The notes below the pieces were generated by a model that did no database searches, was not told the DNA's origin, and was given only the letters and a program-made list of their open reading frames with translations. A program made the position numbers and the translations under genes. Positions 51,601 through 64,000 of a stretch of DNA of 64,000 nt are shown in pieces. The DNA is from Nemertoderma westbladi (taxonomy: Eukaryota > Animalia > Xenacoelomorpha), in contig JAUCBJ010008549.1 of NCBI GenBank assembly GCA_032718475.1, positions 1-64,000 of the forward strand, read 5' to 3'. How positions within the stretch are numbered: position 1 is the stretch's first letter; the number at the start of each line of letters is the position of its first letter.

Positions 51601-52528
51601 TACTATGGGAATATTAATGTTATTCTTATAATGTTACTACTTAGTTAGCTCAAATATAGCTCAAAATGTGGAGAAAAAGAAGTACCTACTTTTTTTCCCT
51701 AGGGAATAATAGTTAATCATACAGTAGGCATAGGATTGCATTGAACTTACTTTTCCCGGAGAATAATGTAAATGTGAAAATATTTTTCGTGGAATTTTTT
51801 AAACTTTATTACATGTGTTGAAAGAGCATCGAAATAGAAAATGTTTGTAGCTTTAAGATATATATATATATAATATCATATACATATAATATATATTCTT
51901 AATAAACTTCATATATTCCAGAACCATTAAATTAATTAACATTTTCCTAAGTACTAAATAATTATTTATACTAATAAATGTATTTAATGTGAACGATATA
52001 CACCCCCCTTCTGTGGGTAGTGGATACATGACATGTCCACCAAAAATACTATTCAATTAATTCAGCCAAATTAGTTATGTATCCAATTTGAAGTTTATGC
52101 AATGTTACTCATAGCGGCCAATGTAAGAAAATAGGAATTTTAGAATGTAAACCATTTAAATAAGTTTGACATCAATATTCACTAACAAATTCAGGTGCTT
52201 TTTTGATGATCGAATCTTACGGCGATTGGATGAATTAAGCATAGAGCTATACAACACACATGACACAGTAGGCCTAATGTTTTACCTTTGGAGCTTGGGT
52301 GTTATTATTCCCTTGGGTAAAATAACACCTATGCAATTAATGAATTAAAGTGAAACACACCGAAATTTTCCAATGCCCTTGGGAAAAATTAATATAAACA
52401 CCCCCAAAACTTTCCAAGCCCCATTTTGTAAACTCTTCCCCCAAACAATGCCCTTTTAGAATCTGTAAATAGTTGTTAAGGGATAAAAATAATCGAAATG
52501 CATACCACAGTACATGTGTAACAACTTA

Positions 52529-52661
52529 CTTATTCCCCAGAAGTTAGTTATTTTCCCAGTTATTTAACCCTTGGGCAGGAACACCCTCGGGCTTCGCCCT
52601 CGGGTTGTTTCCTGCCCGCGGGTTAAATAACTGGGAAAATAACTAACTTCTGGGGAATAAG
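52529..52661. repeat. Long near-perfect hairpin (about 55-bp arms) with central GGGCTTCGCCC
   Basis: CTTATTCCCCAGAAGTTAGTTATTTTCCCAGTTATTTAACC is mirrored exactly. Confidence 0.85.
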
Positions 52662-52779
52662 CATAGTTATATATCGTTAGATGCGGGTCCACTAACTGTA
52701 CATTCACATATTTTCAAGGAAAAAATTCGATCAAGGGTTTTCGAAATATTTTCGAATTACCGGAAGCAGACTTTGGACG

Positions 52780-53970
52780 ACCATATCTCCGGTACCGGTA
52801 GGCCTATTGTGTCGAAATTTTTTTTAATCTACTTAGAACACTCCAGTGAATGTTTTTTAGTTTGTAAGTTTTGCCCCAAAATGCTCAGAAGTAATTTCGA
52901 TAAAACTGATCATTTCGCGATCATGATCTTTTGACCCCCTAGAATTGAACTTTTTTATGGTCAAATTTTGGCTACCCTCCCTAATTCGAGGGTGAGGAAT
53001 CTTTTTGTAATGTTAAGTTTTTTCATACGGTGAACTCACAGGACTTGGTCTTCGAAATAAAACCGAAAACATGATCTTTCCTGATCATGGCCAGATCAAA
53101 TCGCTTTTTGAAAATTTTGAAATGCTCAAAAGTTGCCCCTTCACCATAGAAGTCGATTCGTAAAAAAATAATCGGGGGTCTCAAACAAAGTTTTCGAGAA
53201 AATCGGGAAAAACAGAAAAACACGATCTTTTATGATCAGGAAGCTGATCTCGAGAACTGGTTGCCCGATCGAGCCAATTTTTTTTTTAATCAACTCAGAA
53301 TAGACCACTGCACATTTCTTACAATGAATGTTTATTAGAAAAATGCTTAGATTCGATTTTAAATATACTGATCTTTTCGCGATCATGATCTTGAGTTTTG
53401 ACCCACTAGACTTGAACTTTTTTATGCCCAAATTTTGGCTACCCCCCATAATTCGAGGGTGAGGAATCTTTTTGTGATGTTAAGTTTTTCCATACGGTGA
53501 ACTCCCAGGACTTGGTCTTCGAAATAAAACAGAAAACACGATCTTTTCTGATCGCGGCCTGATCAAATCGATTTTTGAAAATTTCGAAATGCTCAAAAGT
53601 TGCCCCTTCATCATAGAAGTCGATTCGTAAAAAAAAATCGGGGGTCTCAAACAAAGTTTTCGAGAAAATGCGAAAAAACTAAAAAATCTGATCTTTAATG
53701 ATCAGGTATCAGATCTCGAGAACCGGTTGTCCGATCGAGCAAATTTTTTTTTTAATCGACTCAGGGCGGTGTTCTGAACGTTTCCTACAGTAATTGTTTA
53801 TATCCAAAATGCTTAGCTACGATTTTACGAAGTCCGATCTTTGCGCGATCATGATCTTGCGTTTTGACCGGGAAGAATTCACTTTTTTTTTAAATATTTT
53901 AACGGGAATCATGACTAATGTGGGGTCGCTGAATCTTTTTGTAATGTTAAGTTTTTCGATTGGAGCAAGC
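52780..53970. repeat. About 465-bp diverged tandem repeat (about 2.5 copies), probably transposon-internal
   Basis: CGCGATCATGATCT recurs near 52916, 53378 and 53845; CGAGGGTGAGGAATCTTTTTGT recurs near 52987 and 53454. Confidence 0.85.
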
Positions 53971-54422
53971 CTTGAGTGTCCGATCCCTGATCAAAACTGA
54001 TCTTTGCTGATCACGGTCAAGATCTTGATCGGGCAACTTCAAACTCGAAGTTGTGAAGGTAAACCCATGCTGCCTATCGATTGGCGCCGGTCCCAACTCC
54101 GTAGCATTAGCCGTTTTGGCTGTAGCTCCATAGCAACGTGGTTGCTAGGGAAGCGGACTTTTTGACTCAAATTGGCCCTAGCCGGAGAACCGTAGACTTT
54201 TGAAACGTAATTTATATGGGAAAAAGTCTTCTAGATAAATTTTTTGGGGGGGGGGGGGGTCTAGGAACATCCTATTGTTCGTTTTCGCTTAGTTGCTGAG
54301 ATCCTCTCGTCCCACAAATCCCAGGATTCTATAAAGGCATTCTGCTGGACTAGTTCCGTGGCCGGAATAGTGTTCGGTGTTCTGCGAACAGAGAACCTAA
54401 TCGGTTTAGGGCCCTGACCGTC

Positions 54423-54857
54423 CAGGGACAGGATACGATACGATGCGATACGAAAATACGATACGATACGAACGAATTTTTCATGATGTTTATATAAATT
54501 CAAATTATATTATATTTCTGTGGTCTTTTTATCATTATTTTACAGTTAATTACAATGTGTTTAACGATCCTCCTGTCTTACACATTTAATTGACCTAATA
54601 AAACAGTAAACTGTAACCTAATTTATTAACCAATTTTGAAAAATCCTAAATAAATAAGTGGTGTGATTTCTGGCTTTACTGTTAAAAACATTAATATTTA
54701 CAAATAAAATAAGATACGAAAATACGATACGAAATACGACAAATATTTATTCGTTTTATACGATACGAAGTAAATTTTTATAAAACGATACGAAATTCGA
54801 TACGAATAAAAAATACTGCGATACGAAAATCCATTTTCGTATCGTATCCTGTTCTTG
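54423..54857. mobile_element. MITE with TIR CAGGGACAGGATACGATACG and internal (GATAC)n motifs (hAT-like termini)
   Basis: Right end CGTATCGTATCCTGTTCTTG; no clear TSD. Confidence 0.7.
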
Positions 54858-56731
54858 AAGGAATATTGATTGTTTCGGTATTAACGTATTTGGGAATAAA
54901 TTTGAATTATTTAAAACGAATTTAATTACTAAACTTACTAAGCTATCTAACAGCTATTTAACAACTGAGACCTCCCCCCCCCCCCCCCCCCCCCGAAGCA
55001 ACTAAATCGAACGCCCACAACGCAACACTTCCCCCTAGTTCCCAGTAACTCAGTAATTCGTCTGCACCACCGCAACAAGACCGCTGCTATCTTGCAGCAG
55101 ACCTTTCTAAAACTTATATGGACGAACATCACGTGTCCTATCCCCTGCAAGGTGGTGCTGGGCTTTGAAAATTCTCGTTCACTACCGAGATTGTTAAGTG
55201 CGCAATATATTTTAAGCCTGAACTGTAGCATACCTATGTATATGTATGTCAAAGGGTTCTGGTTTCTTCCGCACCAAGAGCCCAATAATGCCGCAGCAGC
55301 ACAAACTCTACTAGCCTACTTCTGCAATAAATGTGCCTTCATAGAAGGCTATTGATTCCAGGTGATTGACATATCCTTAAATGAAAAGTTGTTGTCACTA
55401 TTTAAAATTGACCTAAATCCAGCGTATTGCTTCACCGTTGTGCTGCACGTTGCATCATGCGTTAGTTGTGCTGCGAGGAGCTGATCACAATCTCGCCACG
55501 GTGACCTCTGAATGCCTCCCAAAAGAAACCTCTCAGTTTAATTCAGATTTGGATAGAAAAGTTGTGGAACCTACCCGCTACCCTGGCCCTATGGCTACAA
55601 TTGAAAAATATATAAATTTTTTAAGAATTGCAATTATTATAAAAACATAATTATTTAGACCAGTGATATTTAAAGTGAATTAAAATACTATTTTTCGGCT
55701 TCTAAGAGAACATTTCGCAGAGTGTAACTATCTGGTGTAAAATAGCTGAAACAACAGCGTAAAAGCAAATTAAATAAAGAATATTATAATATATATAGTG
55801 TGGGCTTTATATAATATATTATTATCTAAGTTAATAAAGAATACCAAAAAGTTCAATATAAATCTTCTCTCTAAATATATTATTGTAATTTTGAATTAAA
55901 TAAACGAAATTTCCTACAAATAAAATAAAGTTTGTGAGTTTCCTTGTAGAAATTGAACTAATCCAACTATACCGAACGCAATCCACCATTATTACACGCT
56001 AAATATAAAACACGCGAATATTTAATTAACTAACACCTTTACAGTTCAGTTGGACCAATTATAGTTTCCAAGCAACCGTTGTAAACTTTCCTGTAATTAA
56101 CCAATAAGTCTTTGTTAAACTATCACAGAGAGGCTACTGTGTCTACAGGGCCAATAAAATTTATATAATTTAGATAATTTATTTAAACTGATAATATTTT
56201 ATTATTATTATATATTACTCTATCAATTATTTATATTCAACTATTTTTAATAAATTTCACCTAAAATATTTAAGAGTTTCATAAACGCACATTTTTCCTC
56301 GGCAATCATTTCGTAAATAACCAACTTTGGTAATAAAACTACATTCTCGAATATTTATTTTCAATCACTACGTTCGTTCGTGTAGCAAATAGCTTGGATC
56401 AGTACAATGTAAATTATTACTTTACACACACACACCCCCACGTATCGCATTACAGCGGTTTTCATTACGGGCGGTTTTTACTAAGAAATAACAATTCAAG
56501 GCGAAACTTATTCTATAAAATAAATAGAAAAATTAAATATTATCTTCTAGAAATCATTTGTAATAACCGCAGTAGAAAACCGCGGCAAGGAAAACAGGCT
56601 GGAGAAAGTTGAATAATAAAGTTGTTAGGAAAAGAAAGTTTGTTTTCATTAAACTGCGTATGCCATCTAGAGTTACAGGGCAGTATCGCATGCTGCGATA
56701 TAATTAGCGAGTTAACGACGGTAGATGGCGT

Positions 56732-59700
56732 CTAGTATTCGTCCTGATCAGGTGGAGGCGGGTCCTCGAATATCTCGAGTTCGTCTGGAGGAGCGAAACC
56801 GTCTTCGGTTGCGTAAAGTATATCCATAATTCGTTGGAAAGTCGTGTTAGTCTCGTGGTCCGGGGTCTCCTGTATCAGTAGCTCAATATCGCGGAGCTTA
56901 CCTGGGGGAAATACATGGAGGTTTATTTACCTGGGGAAATATATGGAGGTTTATATACCTGGGGGAATACAGAGGAATTTATATACCTGGGAGAAATACA
57001 GGGAGGTTTATATACCTGGGAGAAATACAGGTAGGTTTATATACCTGGGGGAAATACAGGGAGGTTTATATACCTGGGAGAAATACAGGGAGGTTTATAT
57101 ACCTGGGGGAAATACATGGAGGTTTATATACCTGGGGGGAATACAGGGGAGTTTATATACCTGGGAGAAATACAGGGAGGTTTATATACCTGGGAAAAAT
57201 ACAGGGAGGTTTATATACCTGGGAGAAATACTGGGAGGTTTATATACCTGGGAGAAATACGGGGAGGTTTATATACCTGGGAGAAATACTGGGAGGTTTA
57301 TATACCTGGGGGGAATACAGAGGAGTTTATATACCTGGGAGAAATACAGGGAGGTTTATATACCTGGGAGAAATACAGGGAGGTTTATATACCTGGGAGA
57401 AATACTGGGAGGTTTATATACCTGGGGGAAATACAGAAGAGTTAATATACCTGGGGGAAATAAAGGAGGTTTATATATACCTGGGGAAATCAGGGTGGTA
57501 TATACCAGGAGAAATACAGGGGAGTTTATATACCTGGCACAAATACTGGGAGGTTTATATACCTGGGGGAAATACAGAAGAGTTAATATACCTGGGGAAA
57601 ATAAAGGAGGTTTATATATACCTGGGGGAAATACAGGGGGTTTATATACCTGGGGGAATATAAGGAGGTTTATTTCCCTGGGAGAAATACATGGAGGTTT
57701 ATATACCTGAGGTGAATTATGGAGGTTTATATACATGGGGGATATACAGGGAGGGAGGATATATAGCTGGAGGAACTAACGGAAGGTTTATATAACTCAA
57801 TTAGGGAAATAAATCAGGTTTATATATTGGGGGAAAATACAGGGAGGTTTATATAACTGGGGAAATAAAGCAGGTTTATATTCCTGGGGGAAATAAAGGA
57901 GGTTTATGTTCGTGGGTGAAATAAAGGGAAGTTTATATACCTGGGGGAAATAAAGGAGATTTAAATTCCTGGGGGAAATAAAGGAGGTTTATGTTCCTTG
58001 GTGAAATAAAGGGAAGTTTATATACCTGGGGGAAATACAGGGAGGTTTATTTTCCTGGGGGAAATAAAGAGAAGTTTAAATACCTGGGGGAAATACAGGG
58101 AGGTTTAAATACGTGTGTGAAATAAAGAAGTTTATATACCTGGGGAAATACAGGGAGGTTTATATACGTGGGGGAGATACAGAGAGGTAAATTTATATAC
58201 CCGGGAAAAATAAAGTTTACTGGTGTGCGCGCAAATCCCATCTATGCGAATGTGTCTTGTCTCAAATGTTAAATTATCAATTGAGATAAAGGATTCGGTT
58301 ACAGAGGCAAGTTATTTATACCAAAACGATAAACGATAAAGTCAATAGAACAGGTTACAGCTCTACTTATGAGAGAATTCAGCAGATAGTTGTGTTGATT
58401 TTCCCAAGGAGAGGGATTAAATTTGACCACCCCCCCCCCCCCCCCCCCACCCCATCTATCATTTTTTCATTCATTCATAATTAACGGCTCCCTAATTCGT
58501 AGGAATTAGGGAGCCGTTAATTAATGGAATTAATGTTGCGGATTGAGGTCGAGCGCGGCGTGATCATATTATATGTTGAGCCTCCAGGGTGCTGGAAGGA
58601 AGAACTGGGGTGAGGGTTTTGCCACGTATATTAATAAAAATATTTATGAATGTATAATATTTGATTATTATATTTCCGATATTTATCATCACAGAAACTC
58701 AATGTAAAAATATCTGAATGTAATTTTGAACTGGACCGAACTAGACCGAATGAAAAACAACCATCTGTGTACACGGAACACAAGTGGAGATACGAACTAG
58801 ACCGAATGAAAAAGATTTATTTAAATAAATTAAAAAGATTATTTAAAGAGATTTAAAGAGATTAAAGTGTTTATTTTTGTAAATTTACTTTGAATTTTAT
58901 TTAATTTGGTTATTTTAATGTTTAATATATTCCGCTGAAGACACCCGAAACGGGCGAAATGCGCATACGGACATAAACTCTATTAATATACGTGGCAAGA
59001 CCCTCACCCCAGTTCTTCCCCCCAGCCCCCTGGAGGTTCAACATATAATGATGATCTTATCGGAGAGGATAAGTCATTCCAGAATCTGACAAGTTTGCAC
59101 ACAGTTGACATTAGTCATTGTGTTTGTGAAAGTTATAAGGATAATGTTATGATTGGCCAGAATGTCTACAAAAGAAATCATAATAATTAATTTAAATGTT
59201 TTCTTAAGTTGTTGCATTACTTGGTTTCCTGAATATAAAATTAGTGGGAGCAAGGAGGGGGGGGGGGGGGGGGGGGGGTCAATAACTATGGTTTAATAGT
59301 TCAGAATTATAAAGGATGTCTATTACGACGTAGTCGTAGTGGTCTGGTTAAGTGTGATTCGTTCTCTTGGTTCTTGTGGTCGTATCGTAACTGCGAGTGA
59401 AGTATACCTTAACTTACCGGAAAAAAATTCCTTGAAAAAAGAATTTCCGAAAACTTACATCGCTAAAGATTGATGAAGGAATTATTGCTTTACATGATTT
59501 TTATTGAATCTGAATTTCATTCAGTAAATTTATTAAATATATATGAATATCTATTTACAAAGAATATAAACAAATATTGAATTGGATTATTATATATGGA
59601 AATATTGAATTATTGAATATGATAAACATATTTTATCATATTCAATGATAAATATGTGATGTTGCACTATCCTCTGGTGTAAATGATGCTCGTTCATATG

Positions 59701-60173
59701 AGTTCAGCTCTAAAAAGTGCACCAGTCCCGCCTAAATCTCAGAAACGCAATCACTGGGTATAATCATGATTGTTATGAAGAGACAAAGAAGCTGAATATT
59801 GCTTTCAACAAATGGAAGGGAAATGTCCCCCGAGTAACACGCGATGCGCGTAGTCAATACAAGCGCCAATACAGTCAACTTATTCGGGAGAAAAGAGCTT
59901 CCTATTTTGCACAAAAAGAACCCAGTTTAATTGAGGAATGCGAAAATGACAAGATAAACTTCTGGAATATTCTGAGAGATCGATCCCAGTAGAAACCTGC
60001 AGCTGCAGCTTTTGTAATTATTTTAATCCAAGCGGCCAAACTTACCGAAATAAAAGTCCCGCTCTTTCTCTAGACTATCGACTGTTACTTTGGTCTCTAA
60101 CAGCTGGTTATTTAATTCCTCTATCTGGTTTTCCGTCGTTGTTTGGTTGGCCCGCGCCGCACCCATGGGAGAC
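56732..60173 (-). CDS. MAPRE/EB1: EB1/MAPRE microtubule end-binding protein, last two exons (5' part lies beyond the window)
   Basis: Exon 60173-60046 reads SPMGAARANQTTTENQIEELNNQLLETKVTVDSLEKERDFYF-G (donor G|GTAAGT). It splices to exon 56901-56732, KLRDIELLIQE...RIMDILYATEDGFAPP...DQDEY*. LEKERDFYFGKLRDIE, ILYATxxGF and the acidic tail ending in Tyr are hallmarks of the EB1 C-terminal (EBH) region. Missed by the ORF track. Confidence 0.95.
56899..58220 (-). repeat. 29-bp minisatellite, about 45 copies, spanning the EB1 terminal-exon acceptor
   Basis: Sense unit ATATAAACCTCCCTGTATTTCTCCCAG|GT; the last unit is the real acceptor. Confidence 0.95.
58570..59047. mobile_element. Penelope-like or retrozyme remnant with about 65-bp inverted repeats
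   Basis: 58570-58636 is the reverse complement of 58981-59047; a hammerhead motif lies adjacent to the right arm. Confidence 0.6.
58928..58975 (+). ncRNA. Minimal type I hammerhead ribozyme-like motif (slightly degenerate)
   Basis: TCCG-CTGAAGA-CA-CCCG AAA CGGG-C-GAAA-TGCGCA-TA-CGGA: stem I TCCG/CGGA, conserved core boxes, stem II, palindromic stem III. Confidence 0.65.
59650..59992 (+). mobile_element. Probable decayed LINE ORF2 linker fragment
   Basis: (W)YNHDCYEETKKL...YKRQYSQLIREKRASY...INFWNILR resembles the endonuclease-RT tether of non-LTR elements. Confidence 0.4.
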
Positions 60174-60183
60174 CTATAAAATA

Positions 60184-63100
60184 GACATTATACGACTACT
60201 TAAACATTATACGACTACTTAAACATTATACGACTACTTAAACATTATACGACTACTTAAACATTATACGACTACTTAAACATTATACGACTACTTAAAC
60301 ATTATACGACTACTTAAACATTATACGACTACTTAAACATTATACGACTACTTAAACATTATACGACTACTTAAACATTATACGACTACTTAAACATTAT
60401 ACGACTACTTAAACATTATACGACTACTTAAACATTATACGACTACTTAAACATTATACGACTACTTAAACATTATACGACTACTTAAACATTTATACGA
60501 CTACTTAAACATTATACGACTACTTAAACATTATACGACTACTTAAACATTATACGACTACTTAAACATTATACGACTACTTAAACATTATACGACTACT
60601 TAAACATTATACGACTACTTAAACATTATACGACTACTTAAACATTATACGACTATACTTAAACATTTATACGACTACTTAAACATTACACGACTACTTA
60701 AACATTATACGACTACTTAAACATTATACGACTACTTAAACATTATACGACTACTTAAACATTTATACGACTATACTTAAACATTTATACGACTACTTAA
60801 ACATTATACGACTACTTAAACATTATACGACTATTTAAACATTATACGACTACTTAAACATTATACGACTACTTAAACATTATACGACTACTTAAACATT
60901 ATACGACTACTTAAACATTACACGACTACTTAAACATTATACGACTACTTAAACATTATACGACTACTTAAACATTTATACGACTACTTAAACATTATAC
61001 GACTACTTAAACATTATACGACTACTTAAACATTATACGACTACTTAAACATTATATGACTACTTAAACATTATACGACTACTTAAACATTTATACGACT
61101 ACTTAAACATTATACGACTACTTAAACATTTATACGACTACTTAAACATTATACGACTACTTAAACATTATATGACTACTTAAACATTATACGACTACTT
61201 AAACATTTATACGACTACTTAAACATTATACGACTACTTAAACATTTATACGACTACTTAAACATTATACGACTACTTAAACATTATACGACTACTTAAA
61301 CATTATACGACTACTTAAACATTATACGACTACTTAAACATTATACGACTACTTAAACATTATACGACTATACTTAAACATTTATACGACTACTTAAACA
61401 TTATACGACTACTTAAACATTATACGACTACTTAAACATTATACGACTACTTAAACATTATACGACTATACTTAAACATTTATACGACTACTTAAACATT
61501 ATACGACTACTTAAACATTATACGACTACTTAAACATTATACGACTACTTAAACATTATACGACTACTTAAACATTATACGACTATACTTAAACATTTAT
61601 ACGACTACTTAAACATTATACGACTACTTAAACATTATACGACTACTTAAACATTATACGACTATACTTAAACATTTATACGACTACTTAAACATTACAC
61701 GACTACTTAAACATTATACGACTACTTAAACATTATACGACTACTTAAACATTATACGACTATACTTAAACATTTATACGACTACTTAAACATTATACGA
61801 CTACTTAAACATTATACGACTACTTAAACATTATACGACTACTTAAACATTATACGACTACTTAAACATTATACGACTATACTTAAACATTTATACGACT
61901 ACTTAAACATTATACGACTACTTAAACATTATACGACTACTTAAACATTATACGACTATACTTAAACATTTATACGACTACTTAAACATTATACGACTAC
62001 TTAAACATTATACGACTACTTAAACATTATACGACTACTTAAACATTATACGACTACTTAAACATTATACGACTACTTAAACATTATACGACTACTTAAA
62101 CATTATACGACTACTTAAACATTATACGACTACTTAAACATTATACGACTACTTAAACATTATACGACTACTTAAACATTATACGACTATACTTAAACAT
62201 TTATACGACTACTTAAACATTATACGACTACTTAAACATTATACGACTACTTAAACATTATACGACTATACTTAAACATTTATACGACTACTTAAACATT
62301 ATACGACTACTTAAACATTATACGACTACTTAAACATTATACGACTATACTTAAACATTTATACGACTACTTAAACATTATACGACTACTTAAACATTAT
62401 ACGACTATACTTAAACATTTATACGACTACTTAAACATTATACGACTACTTAAACATTATACGACTACTTAAACATTATACGACTATACTTAAACATTTA
62501 TACGACTACTTAAACATTATACGACTACTTAAACATTATACGACTACTTAAACATTTATACGACTACTTAAACATTATACGACTATACTTAAACATTTAT
62601 ACGACTACTTAAACATTATACGACTACTTAAACATTATACGACTACTTAAACATTATACGACTATACTTAAACATTATACGACTACTTAAACATTATACG
62701 ACTACTTAAACATTATACGACTACTTAAACATTATACGACTACTTAAACATTATACGACTACTTAAACATTATACGACTATACTTAAACATTTATACGAC
62801 TACTTAAACATTATACGACTACTTAAACATTATACGACTATACTTAAACATTTATACGACTACTTAAACATTATACGACTACTTAAACATTATACGACTA
62901 CTTAAACATTATACGACTATACTTAAACATTTATACGACTACTTAAACATTATACGACTACTTAAACATTATACGACTATACTTAAACATTTATACGACT
63001 ACTTAAACATTATACGACTACTTAAACATTATACGACTACTTAAACATTATACGACTACTTAAACATTATACGACTACTTAAACATTATACGACTACTTA

Positions 63101-64000
63101 AACATTATACGACTATACTTAAACATTTATACGACTACTTAAACATTATACGACTACTTAAACATTATACGACTACTTAAACATTATACGACTACTTAAA
63201 CATTATACGACTACTTAAACATTATACGACTACTTAAACATTATACGACTACTTAAACATTATACGACTACTTAAACATTATACGACTACTTAAACATTA
63301 TACGACTACTTAAACATTATACGACTACTTAAACATTATACGACTACTTAAACATTATACGACTACTTAAACATTATACGACTACTTAAACATTATACGA
63401 CTACTTAAACATTATACGACTACTTAAACATTATACGACTACTTAAACATTATACGACTACTTAAACATTATACGACTACTTAAACATTATACGACTACT
63501 TAAACATTATACGACTACTTAAACATTATACGACTACTTAAACATTATACGACTACTTAAACATTATACGACTACTTAAACATTATACGACTACTTAAAC
63601 ATTATACGACTACTTAAACATTATACGACTACTTAAACATTATACGACTACTTAAACATTATACGACTACTTAAACATTATACGACTACTTAAACATTAT
63701 ACGACTACTTAAACATTATACGACTACTTAAACATTATACGACTACTTAAACATTATACGACTACTTAAACATTATACGACTACTTAAACATTATACGAC
63801 TACTTAAACATTATACGACTACTTAAACATTATACGACTACTTAAACATTATACGACTACTTAAACATTATACGACTACTTAAACATTATACGACTACTT
63901 AAACATTATACGACTACTTAAACATTATACGACTACTTAAACATTATACGACTACTTAAACATTATACGACTACTTAAACATTATACGACTACTTAAACA
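60184..64000. repeat. 19-bp minisatellite (ACATTATACGACTACTTAA)n, about 200 copies or more, running off the window inside an EB1 intron
   Basis: Very homogeneous, with a recurring linked +TA/+T variant; begins about 10 nt from the acceptor AG at 60175-60174. Confidence 0.98.

Noticed and set aside
56844-57736. 288-aa plus-strand ORF and overlapping ORFs
   Set aside because: 29-bp satellite readings; the true coding sequence is the EB1 exon on the minus strand.
60184-64000. Possible telomeric repeat at the window end
   Set aside because: AT-rich 19-mer with no G-rich strand, lying directly upstream of an internal EB1 exon, so more gene is expected beyond it. Cannot be fully excluded without the next window.

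Overview
AT-rich metazoan (invertebrate-like) nuclear DNA with spliceosomal introns; not prokaryotic and no CRISPR array. Three genes were reconstructed by hand. (1) A 9-exon Shroom-family gene on the minus strand (45445->17204, about 1082 aa, C-terminal ASD2 domain, all intron phases compatible). (2) The last two exons of an EB1/MAPRE gene on the minus strand (60173-60046, 56901-56732). (3) A 2-exon, about 125-aa Ser/Thr-rich secreted or GPI-anchored protein on the plus strand (7367-10830). The rest is RTE-clade and CR1/L2-type LINE fragments, non-autonomous DNA transposons, tRNA-derived SINE-like pieces and nine unrelated minisatellite arrays (17-63 bp units), all inside introns. The most striking feature is that three arrays are tandem amplifications of a real splice junction: about 148 and 5 copies of Shroom donor sites, and about 45 copies of the EB1 terminal acceptor. 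A fourth array abuts an acceptor. Also notable: 7 of 8 Shroom donors have T at +3 (mostly GTTAGT), and a Penelope-type minimal hammerhead ribozyme motif lies in the EB1 intron. All long repetitive ORFs in the ORF track are satellite artefacts. Gene identities come from recognised motifs, not database searches.
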